Origin: Perna viridis
Taxonomy: Eukaryota
Length of the DNA stretch: 64,000 nt
Assembly (NCBI GenBank): GCA_037379345.1
Contig: CM074511.1
Coordinates: 58,534,862 to 58,598,861 of the forward strand
Direction of reading: 5' to 3'
Shown: in pieces, positions 25,301-36,500 of the stretch
Position numbering within the stretch: the first letter of the stretch is position 1
Layout of the letters: every line of letters begins with the position of its first letter
Position numbers and translations under genes: made by a program
Notes under the pieces: model-generated
Told to the model about the DNA's origin: nothing
Seen by the model: only the letters and a program-made list of their open reading frames with translations
Database searches by the model: none

Positions 25301-28300
25301 ATCGTTCATGAGGACAGATATAGCAAGAGTAGAGATGTTAAAGTCGAATGTCAAAGGTACATCTTTGAAGTCGTTGTGAGACAGGGAAAACCCGCTCTGT
25401 GGTGGCCTTTTTGGCATATTTCGAAGCCAAGCAGGGGCGCTGCCTAATCCTGTACCGCACATTCCTAAACCTCCAAGCAGATCATCTGCATCCCCAAAAC
25501 TCAATGCATTATGGTCAAAACCTGCAGGTTCTGCATCGCGCCATCGTTCATACGAATACTGTTGGAATTGATCAGCCTCCCTTGATTCAGTATGATACGG
25601 ATATTGCAGTGGGTTCAGGATTTCATTTAGTGTTCCCCCACTTGCTTCAAGACTACGGTCTTCTTCAGTATTGAAGACCCGTTCTTGACTCTCTTCTCTG
25701 TTCAGAAGAATCGGTTTCACTTCACCGCCTTGACTGCATACGTCATCTAAATATTGCCACGCCCACTCGATTTGGTACCAGTCACCTGAAATCGTATAAT
25801 TGTCTTCGGAGGTGACATCCAACTCTCCATCGTACTGAATGTCGTCGAGATATTTTGGATCATTGTCCAGTAGTTCAGTCATTGTTGGACACAACTCAAC
25901 TGTCACTTTACTAAAAACCTGCAAAATAGGTATCCGTGAATTTTTTAATATCATAGTTAATTCTGAACTCGAAACAATATGTTCAATATAAAGTATTCTG
26001 GCAAGCACAAAATGACATGAAAAATGCATCAGAAACAAATTTTGAAGATAATATACTATTAGACAAAATACAGAAATTATAAAGTAATAAATTGCTTCGC
26101 GGAGTGCAGGTAGTCATGCCCGCAGAGGTCAAACCCTGATTCGATAGTGATCTAATATCTAAAAAAAAAAAAAAATATGCAAAAAAAGATTCTGAAATTA
26201 CTAAGAAAAAAACAAAACAAATAACAAAGTTGCATGAACAATGCTTGGAACGTTTTGAAGTTATAAGATGTATGAAGCAATTATCGGAAAACCCTCTTTT
26301 TTGTAAATAACGTAAAAAAAACCCAAAAAAAACAAAAAAAACAAAAAAAAACTCGTAAACGGAAAAAAATCATCACAATTAAAGGGGAGCTAATATCGAT
26401 AGTAATAAACTAATTTCAAAAGTTTCATGAAAACGGATGCAACCACTACTGAGTTATAGTCCGAAACTGCGAAATCCCCTCCTTTTTTTTTAACAAACTC
26501 AAGCCTCATAACTGTAAATCGTAAAATTGGAAATTTATTAAGGGAGCTAAAAATCAATGTAGATAAACAATGCCCCAAAGTTTCATTGACATTGCTGTAA
26601 GGTGATTGAGTTGATGAAGTAGTCCGAAAACATAAACTACCTCCTTTTTGACGAATTAAGTCCCATTACGAAAACTGAAAAAAACGAAATTCAAAACAAA
26701 TCGAACTCTTCAATAAAAAAAAACAATTCAACTTAGTTTCACAAGCAAGAAATCTGTGAGTGATGGCTAACTAGTGATGCCTCCGCTTTCAATCACGATA
26801 TCAAGCACATTACCAAAATTCTCGGTAAAAAGGAAGTTGTTGTGGATCTTTCTGAAAATTAATCACATATGACATACCTGCAGAATATGTTAAAATTTTA
26901 AGCCGCTGTGATGAGTAGTTGCTGAGAAAACTGTGACGGAAAAAAACTGTTACGGTAACACGGAAAGGGTAAAACAGTAGACCCCTTATTCTTCGAAGCA
27001 GGATATAAAAATGGTGCCAGCATTTTAGTAATAGTGCGACGACTGAACGACGAATGGACACCGGTATACTATAATACGTCAGACAGACAGACGCATACAA
27101 ATAAAAAAAGTGTCACGGAGCTCAACTTGATGCGACCGAAGCGTGTTGAATTCTGTTCAATTGAAACAAGTGTGGACACAATTATAGTTTTTGACACACT
27201 TAAGCATAGGGACTTACAATGTACAGTTCATTATGGACACAAAAACTGGTTTGTACACAATATAACACTAAGTGCAAATCAAAGATCTTTGCCTTCAATC
27301 CCAGTAATTAAAAAACAGAAGAGATGTAAATCTGATTGGCAAACGATGACTTAAAATTTCCAAAAGACTGGACAAGTTTTACTTAAATCATCGTTAATAA
27401 AAGTTAACGGGCGTCACCCGCAACGACGACGACGCCAGGGTCATACAACCGGAAACAGTTTCGTATAAAATTACTATAAAAGATTTTTTGAGTATTTGAA
27501 TACATGTACCATGCATCAATACTAAACGGTTTCTTCAAATCTTACGGTAAAAAATAAAACAAGGCCGTGGCTATTGGACTTCAGAAACGGGGCCGCACAA
27601 GGGGAAAGAAAGCGTGGATCTGCACTGTCCTTTCATAAATAAATGTTCATGATGAAGTGTTTGATCAATGTCCAATATATTTGTACAGTCAATATGGGAA
27701 CGTCAACTTTTTTTCAGTGCTTAATTAACTTTAATAAAAATTGGTGACATCCAGTTTCTCTCACTTCCTGTGTGTCTCTCCTAATTCTATTAACATTGAG
27801 TGCTCAGCATATAACTGCTGTTAAATAGACCTGTAAAACTCCCCTAAAGTTTGGGTTAAAAACAATTATAATTCATGTAATATTTGTTAATTGTATATTG
27901 TTAATACATGTAAATGTAAACTTTCTAGGAATTTGACAGTAAGGGGTTAGTCCCAATTTTTTGTGTTGCAGTACTTTTGTGTTACAGAACATGTACGTAG
28001 TTAACATTCTATTCCATGGTATATAGCTATAGGAATCGGGTATAGGGACATTGTGTTGTATAGCTATAGGAATCGGGTATAGGGACATTGTGTTGTATAG
28101 CTATAGGAATCGGGTATAGGGACATTGTGTTGTATAGCTATAGGAATCGGGTATAGGGACATTGTGTTGTATAGCTATAGGAATCGGGTATAGGGACATT
28201 GTGTTGTATAGCTATAGGAATCGGGTATAGGGACATTGTGTTGATTGTAAATATAAATAAAAATCATATTTGCAAATTAAAGAAGATCTGCCTAATTTCC

Positions 28301-29058
28301 ATTGTCACAAGAACACTTATTTAAATGGAGGTATATTGCCGATTCCTAGTTGATTAATATATTAATAATTGTTTTAAAAACATTTTCTCTGAGTATTTAA
28401 ATATATTTTGTGAATCAATATAAAAAACATTCTAAGTAAATTTTGCTCATAGGTTCAATCAACACTAAAGTAAGTTCACACTAAAATGCCATGTTGACTT
28501 ATGAACATTTTGTTTTCGCTAAAATTACCTTAGTTTGGTCTTCACCAACTTGACTACAAATGAATACCTTTCTATCAAAGTTTTAAAGCCAGGTATCATG
28601 AGTCAATATATTAATTCGCTTTTATCTGACATCCTATACAGATACTTACTTGTCTTTGTAAAGGTCTGACTTTGATGTCTCTTCCCCGTAATACATGATC
28701 CTGTTGAAATATCTTCGGATTCGCTAAAATATATAAAACATTTGTCGTGTAAAAACCAGCTTAAGTAAAATTTTATATAGGGAGTTTCAATGACGGCAAT
28801 TTTCTGATTCTGTTCATTTCAATGTTTAATACCATATACATGTAATAAGAATAAAGTTTATGAAAGTGCTTTAACAAGCAACAGACTTGTACCTTTTCCA
28901 TCCTGAAACAAGATGACAGCATCGTTAGCCTGCAAGGGGTAATATATCTTCTTTATTTTCGACCCGCCATACCGAGGGTTGCTGAAGTATACTTTAATGT
29001 CTCTCTGTGAAGCATCCTTCGGTACATCAAGTACCCGAACACCGGGAGACGTCGCCAT
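22381..29058 (-). CDS. PARP14-like RRM + macrodomain protein without ART domain, ~754 aa; exons 29058-28893, 28723-28650, 25918-24949, 23435-22381
   Basis: All introns GT-AG with matching phases (1,0,1); CDS 2265 nt. N-terminal PARP14-type RRM (VRVLDVP..DIKVYFSNPRYGG..DAVILF); macrodomain (NDILKEKTDAIV..VIHAVGP..KSIAMPLIGTGGVGFP..LKEIRLV); acidic disordered C-terminus. Confidence 0.88.
24574..24675. repeat. 51-bp tandem duplication (2 copies), intronic
   Basis: CGAACTGTGATGCGTGAAACCGTT(C/T)TATGCGTTAGATTAAGGTAAGAAA twice. Confidence 0.9.
28023..28243. repeat. 37-bp minisatellite, 6 perfect copies, intronic
   Basis: Unit ATAGCTATAGGAATCGGGTATAGGGACATTGTGTTGT. Confidence 0.95.
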
Positions 29059-29231
29059 TCTGTAATATATATATATATATATCATTAGACAAGATAATTT
29101 CGATATAGTTAGTCATGTGCCAAGTTAGCCAAAGATTTTAAAATTGGTGGTCACATTATTCACCCCCCATGATTTAGGGGATAGAGCGACGACTAGTTGC
29201 CTCACAGTCAAATAATGTGCCCGACTTGAAT

Positions 29232-29479
29232 AAAATGTCTAATTTGGGGCTGTTGCTTCTGTGAGCTAAATCAAAATCATGGTTTTACCATATATATTTT
29301 GTTTTAGTATATATAATTTGTTTTCGCTCACAGAAACAACAGCCCCAAGTAGACATTTTGTTTTCGCTCACAGAAACAACAGCCCCAAGTAGACATTTTG
29401 TTTTCGCTCACAGAAACAACAGCCCCAAGTAGATATTTTGTTTTCGCTTACAGAAACAACGGCCCCAAGTAGGCATTTT
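29232..29479. repeat. Inverted repeat whose right arm is amplified into four 40-bp tandem copies
   Basis: TTTTGTTTTCGCTCACAGAAACAACAGCCCCAAGTAGACA x4 (29317-29479), with a reverse-complement copy at 29232-29276. Confidence 0.9.
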
Positions 29480-29915
29480 GAAGTTCCATAGAGATCAACA
29501 AGCTTTTCCTCTTGAAAGTACATGAAAAAAAGTTGTTTTTGATCCTTCTTAGACCAAACTTATTGGTAACAGTAATGGTCACGACTCACCAAATTTACCG
29601 TTGTCTGCCTTTTGTGGCGTGTAATCTTGTACAATTTCATGACCTTCGAATGACGACAAAGCCTACGTCATTACATTAAGTCGACAGAACTTATTTCTGT
29701 GGTTGTGGAAAAGACACTTCATATGTAGCCTAGTTATGACGAGGAACTTGAAATTTTAAACGAGAACTTTCAGTTCATAAGGGTTACAACATCAACTAGT
29801 AAAAGCGCATGGTAGGCACATGGACAATATGGCTAAGAATAAATAAGCAATATATTTGAAATAGTTGGGACAAAAGAACAAATGGAGAGTCTCTTACATT
29901 CATTCTAGACTGATT

Positions 29916-30917
29916 TATGGTAAGCCAAAGTGGACAAAAATCAATGTTTTGTAATATTAGAAAATGAATTTGTAATACTACCAAATCATTTTTCTAATAT
30001 TAGTTTTTTGTTTATTTGTTGGGGTTTAACGTCCGCGCAGCAATATTTCAGCTATATTCAGACGATGAACATGAAATGGATGATAAAATGAACATGAAAT
30101 GTTGATGAAATGAAAATAGGATGGGACACAAGGAAAATAGGGTCGACAAATTTTCATTGCCACTAGAAAAAAGGGGATGGGTAAGGTCGGTCAATTTAGC
30201 CTCCTGTGGCGGAGCGCAAAGGTTCCATCTCCTATCGAATACCACAGCAGGGTTCTTAAACGTGCGAGGAACGTGACATCTTTCCCAACACGGTGCACCA
30301 CTATAGTTTGGGGTCAGGTTTTCCGTATTATAGCCTGACAACCCCGGCATGTAACATGCCAGGGGTACCTCATTCCACCACCTGGGGCACACATCCCAGT
30401 TGCTCTGTGGGCAGAGCGCCTAGCCCCTAGCTAGGTTTCTGAGCACTATTTAGTCGCCTTTTACGACAAGCTTAGCGCTGCTGCAGGCCTATTCTTTTGA
30501 CACTCGGACCTGCATGGGGCTTTTAATATTAGAAAAGATTTTTTACTATTAGAAATTCATCTTCTAATATTACAAATTCCTGATTTAGTAATATTATAAA
30601 ACATCAGACATTTTGTAATATTACAAATTGAATATGTAATATTAGAAAATGAATTTGTAATATTGCAAAATCAGTCACATTTATTAATACTACAAAATAA
30701 TTTTCTAATATTAAAAAACCGTAATTGAATACGACAAATCCATTTTCTAATATTAGAAAATCAATTTCCAATATTAAAATATTCGTTTTTTAATATTAGA
30801 AATTCAGTCGATTTTTTAATATTTAAAACAGAGTTATGTGATATTAGAAATCTAAATATCTAAATCATTTTTTAATATTGGAAAATACTTATTATTTGTC
30901 CACTTTGGCTTGCCATA
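29916..30917. mobile_element. Non-autonomous TIR element (TATGG...CCATA, 6-bp flanking direct repeat) with internal AT-rich tandem units, interrupted by a SINE
   Basis: TIRs TATGGTAAGCCAAAGTGGACAAA / TTTGTCCACTTTGGCTTGCCATA; CTGATT at 29910-29915 and 30918-30923; internal TTCTAATATTAGAAA-type units. Confidence 0.85.
30004..30520 (-). mobile_element. SINE-like retroposon, copy 1
   Basis: Homologous to 43746-44281 and 59484-59897; tail GAAATATTGCT..CGTTAAACCCCAACAAATAAAC; TSD TT(C/T)TAATATTAG. Confidence 0.9.
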
Positions 30918-31612
30918 CTGATTTAAAGGCATTTTAAGTCCGGATGCAATACACGTACCGTCACAATAAGAATAATACAGGACTCAAAACCTCTTCTTCA
31001 ACGATCCCTACTTTGCTGGGATTGAAAAGTAAACAAATCGTAGCTTGGATCCCCATGTAAACGTGTTTTTATCATGATACGAAAATATCTTAAATTCAAG
31101 TTGCACGCAAAATGTATTCCCGTGTAAAAGGGTCTTCAGTGTCAAGTGTAGTCCAGATAATAATGACATTCGCTGAGACATGTTTTTAATCTGACCAGGC
31201 CACCAAGCAAAAATTAGCCTCCCAAGACGGCAAAATTATTTGGACTATTGACAATGTATCACTGCAAGAGCAAAACGAAGCAGTGTGTCTTGTTAGGAAA
31301 CCATACAGTCCCGGGTGTAGTCTCCGGAATCTAATCCGACCTAAACAAATATAGCATCTGAAAAATAAACCAATATTCTTGCCCATACACAAAGCGACCC
31401 CCCCCCCACCCCGACCCCCACTGCTCCTCACAAGGAAATGAACTGCAGACTACAGTACATTAACATAAATTTGGAATGTATGATGATAAGTAGAGATAAA
31501 AGCAGTACATTGAATATTTTTCGTCATTTACTCTACTATATAGTTGCACTGTGAATAAAATTTACTTACAAACCATCTGACTCCCGGAAAATGTCTTCAA
31601 TTTGTTCAAAAG

Positions 31613-31624
31613 GAAAACGAAAGT
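31613..31624. promoter_or_regulatory. ISRE/IRF-E-like motif beside a candidate non-coding first exon of the macrodomain gene
   Basis: GAAAACGAAAGT fits GAAANNGAAA; a minus-strand GTAAGT donor lies at 31564-31569. Confidence 0.35.
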
Positions 31625-34600
31625 AAAATGTTTACGTTTTGATAAGCGGTAATTTTCAGTACGTCACGAGATTGAGTGCGTTTAAAAATAGATTTTGGAA
31701 CTATCACAAGCGGGAAATATAAAAATGTAAAGGCGATGTAATGGATATACTACATTTGTTTGTAATGAATGCACTTTGAAAAAAAAAAAAAAACCAATGG
31801 CCTCCTTCTCGATATGGTTTTTCTTTTGGCTTAAGCCATTTCCCGGGACTTGTTTACAATTTTGGTCAAATTTACCAATTTAGTTTCGATACAATCATTT
31901 TAGTAACTAATACTTTGTCTCGGATGCCTATCATGACAATGCATACTGATAATTTACTTAATTTATAGTAAACGGAATTACAGATATAGGCAAAGATCTG
32001 CCCGCAAACAAAAACCACTCCTCTTCGGTTTTATCTGTGAATATGGTTCTTTAGACTTTTTAAAACGTCGATCATTGCTGTATAGTACATTTTCAATTGT
32101 GTGACAGGGGTCGTATAATTCTTGGTCCGCCATATAACACCTGAACTTAAAAAGGTTCATTTAACCTTTCAAAATATTCACAATATTTGTTTTCATTCTC
32201 TAAACTATTCATTTTTTTATTCGCATTATTATCCACATATCATATGTAACCCTCCTACAATCTTGACTTTGTTGCTTGGTTTTATAAAATATTATTGCTT
32301 TGTGCCTAATATGTCGAAACATGGTTTTAAATACAAAGCAGTTCTGACATGACTGATCAGTACATCTAAAGGTGCATTAGAATAAAGTATGATATTAAAA
32401 GATTACTTTTGTATAAAGGTTTAAGGAAAGAACCAGAAAGAATGTTGATTGTAAGATAAGACCAATTTTCTTTTGGCATTCCGTTATGAATTCGCTTCAT
32501 GCATAGGCTTTTTGAAAGCATTATTCAATTATGCATTTGTACTAGTTCATTGAACATGTCATAACACATCTATCATAATCCATTTAGAAATTTGTTCCGC
32601 CAGATAAGACATTAACCGTCATTTTACCTTTCCTTTTGGCGCCATTATTTTTATTTCAGCAAATCTTTCTGTAAAGAACAACGCTAATGATGACAAATGC
32701 TAATACAGTGTGTATTTCTAGGATCATTTATATAAATAATTGTTATTAGTTAACATTTGAATCCATTCACAAATAGACATGGAACACACGTGGTATAGAT
32801 TTCTTTGTGAAGGTACATGTACGTACCAGCTCTACAACAAGGAAATGAAATTAATGAATCTTAATATCCAGTAGTTAGTGTTGGTAATCATACACTGTGG
32901 CGTGAAAGTTCAATCTACTACCTCGCTAGCTTAAATGTGGCAAAACATTCTCACTGGGTTTGATTTCAACGGAACTGAATTAAAATATTAATCATGATGG
33001 TCTTGATAGACAATGTATATATCTCTTGACAACAAATGCATTCTCGTTGAGACGTCAATAGTTACTGATGATTCCATTAGTTATATTTAGATTATAATAA
33101 ACCAATAAAGTGTTTATTTACAATAATATTCAAATTTGACGGATACACGACACAATTGAAAAGAAAATTATTTTAAACAATATTCATACATTCCCATCTC
33201 TTTCAGTTTTGCTTTGTAACGTAATCAATTCGTTACCAACTGCTTGTCTGTTGTGTAGTAATATGGGTGTGATTTTTAACCAGTGTGTAATTTGGATGTC
33301 GTAAAGGAGGCAACATAGTTTACAAACAAACGAACACGACACAAATGTAAAAAAAGATAGAATTTTTCATTTGTAAACGTTGATACCTGTATAGCCGGCA
33401 CTTAGAATGAAAGACACGCAAAATTGTACTGCAGCATACGTGTATGCTAATAAGTTATATAGACATTTAATTAGTGTAATATGCTTTTGGATACATTTTA
33501 ATTTTGTTAAGAGCTAACACTTTTTTCAAATAACAGCGGAAGTTCTCCTTAAGCACGTAACGTGCAATTGTCTACACTCCTGTTAACCAAATACGACAGA
33601 AGAAAATGGTACTAAAAGTCTTCAACCAACAATAGAAATATTGTGTAATTGCGATGTCACTGTTATATTTTAGTTTTTCGTCCAATTAGTGTGTTGTCTA
33701 TGATTGTCAGGCATTTATGAATTGGCATTTTTTTTCTATACATAACAAAATTTTAGGAACCACATCAATGACAAATAAGCGAGTTAGTTAAGGAAAGTTT
33801 CTTATTTTTAACAACCTGTTTTGCGACAGTGTAAACTGGCCCAGACCAGTTTATTGGGTATAACCTGTTCAAAAATTAGAATAAATCCTTATAATTTATT
33901 TTTTTTTGATTAAGTCATCCAAATATTAAGATTTGATTCGTTATTAAAACGTTGTTTTGTTTGGGATTACATAAAACGCGGAGTGCAGACCGATCCACAG
34001 TACCAAAGCAAGTTATACAAAACTCGCATTCCTAAAAGATAAACAACCAATCAGAAAGCTTGTAAGTTTGAACATATTACATTTATAAATATTGAATGTG
34101 TATGTACAACAAAGATCAAACAAAGTTTGACCAATAGGATTCGAAAACATACACTAAGCTTTCTAGTAATCCGTCAAATCTTGTTACTAATCAAATTACA
34201 TCATTCTCAAATAAATTTACAAACAAAATTTCATCTGCACGTATAATATTTTGTAGTCAGAAATAAATCTATGAAATTTGGTTAATTATACTGATCGGGA
34301 AATGATAGAAATAAAGAAACGAGAATAAATGTGTCAGTGCGAAGTGATATCGTTATCATGAAAAAAAAAGGCAATCAATGAGTTCTAATTTGTTCATCTG
34401 TCACCGAGTCTCCTACTTTCTTAAATTAAATAACTATGACAATGCCCCAGGAGTTGTAACACATTTTAGCACTTCATTTGAACTGACATTGTGGTTTATA
34501 TAAATTATTAGAATAATCGTTATCAACAGAAATTATGAAATGTCACTTATGCTCGTTAAGTCTTTTCTTTCTTCTTTAGTGGTATTTATTTCGGCTTTAA

Positions 34601-35504
34601 TGAGCTATTTGAAATAAATGCAAGGACATCGTCTGCAATTTTGTTCAGTGGTTGCTGTTCTACATGTGTAGGTCATTTCAGAAAGGCTGATTTTTTTAAA
34701 TTGCTTTCTTTTAAAGCGAAAATCTTATTCTTAAACTTTCACATTTTCCTGGGTTTTCAATTAAAACCTGACAGTCGGTGAGAAGTAGGAAAGGAATTCA
34801 TACGAACTTCATGTACATATAAACAAATTTTATATTTCAATCATTCCTGCTATTAGGACCACGAAAATTCACTTTTCTTCACTATACAATAAAATGTATA
34901 GATATTTTAATTATTGGTTTTAAGAAGCTTTGGATAGATATAGGCAATATTGTTTAAAAAAAAATTAAAATAAATAAAATAATAATTTAGCTCGATCGCG
35001 ATTCTCGTAGAAATTTCTGGAATGCGTGTAAATGAAAATCAGACCGAGTTAAGTATATATCTATAATAGTTTGTTCCCTCCAATCTGTCTGGCTAAATAG
35101 ATACAGTTAGGTCACGTGAGTAAGGCAAGCTACCTAATGAATGGTACGTAAATTGGTGGACATTATATTACTAACAATATCAAATGAAAATACGAAATCC
35201 AGCTATTGGATAAGTAAAATAATCTGGAGTGGAAGCGTAACAGGTATGCTTATCCACTTCTTTGTCAAATTTTTACACTTAATACAAATATAGTACATGT
35301 ATCATGTACGCCTAAAAAATAGATTTTTGCAAATAAACATGAATATTTTTATGCATGTAAATATTTCTTATCAAGAAAGAAACTTACGTCTGTTTTCACC
35401 ACATAAAAAATTAGAACTTCCCCTATCACCACATGTACTATACCAGGGTAAAAGTATTGGCGCGTCGAATGATTCGAACGGAGACGTACATTCAAATCAT
35501 CATT

Positions 35505-36500
35505 TCAGTAGTATAGTTCTTGGTAGAGATTACTTCGTGAAAAATAATTCCAAATCATCTTCCAAATATACAGAAGATCTTTACAAAATGCTGGAATTTT
35601 TAAACGACAACATATTTGTCCAGTGTAGTGAACGCGTTTTTCAACAAACGGTCGGCATTCCAATGGGAACAAATTGTGCTCCTCTACTTGCTGACCTATT
35701 CCTTCACTCTTATGAAGCTGACTTTATAGCCGATTTGATCCGTAAGAAAGAATCCTTTAATCTCAGTTTTCGCTATATAGATAACGTATTATCTTTACAT
35801 CTAAACAATCCTAATTTCGGGGATTTGATACATTGCATCTATACCAAAGAACTTGAGATGAAGGATACTACAGACACTGTTAGGTCACCCTCATATCTTG
35901 ACCTACACTTAGAAATCGATGTTAAAGGAAAACTATTGACCAAAATTTACGACAAACGTGATGACTTTTCATTCACTTTCCTTTCATCTGTGGCAACATC
36001 CCTTCAGCACCTGAGTATGGAGTGTTCATATCACAACTCGTACGTTATGCCAGAGTTTGCCGAAACTACGCAGACTTTTTGTATCAAGCTAGACTTCTAG
36101 GCCTCTAGAACAGGAATTTGCTGCTACAGAATACAGAAGTTTTATGGTTGCCAACATGAACTCGTGTATCGCTACGGTGTATTCATATGCGCCATGAAAA
36201 CTGATTTGTTTAACGTGTCATAGTTTTCCTTTCCTCTTTCGTCTACCCCGGACATGACTTTTCAGAACAACTCGGCGGGTATTTCTAGAAAAGCAGAGGA
36301 TGCTTACCCTACCGGTGCGCCTGGTCCATGCTCCCAGGTTTTAGTGGAGTCTGACTTGCTCATTTGCTTTTGTTTCTTTGTATGTATGATATTAGTTACT
36401 TTATGTTCTTTGTTGTGTATGTCTGTTTTTCATGTTGGTCTTTGTCCCTGGATTACATTCTTTTGATTACCGCTATAACCTTGGTTCCCTTGATCACTCT
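35505..36500 (+). mobile_element. Penelope-like (Naiad-type) retroelement, decayed RT plus 3' region
   Basis: FQQTVGIPMGTNCAPLLADLFL, RYIDNV (YxDD degraded), SYLDLHLEI, TKIYDKRDDF; frameshift near 35970; short internal deletions. Confidence 0.92.

Noticed and set aside
22628-25674. Plus-strand ORFs overlapping the macrodomain exons
   Set aside because: Antisense shadows with no independent motifs.
28023-29479. 37-bp and 40-bp repeats as CRISPR arrays
   Set aside because: Head-to-tail units with no unique spacers, no cas genes, and a eukaryotic context.
30048-30392. Similar ORFs at 30048, 43691-44210 and 59581-59939
   Set aside because: Incidental ORFs within SINE copies; frames are not conserved between copies.
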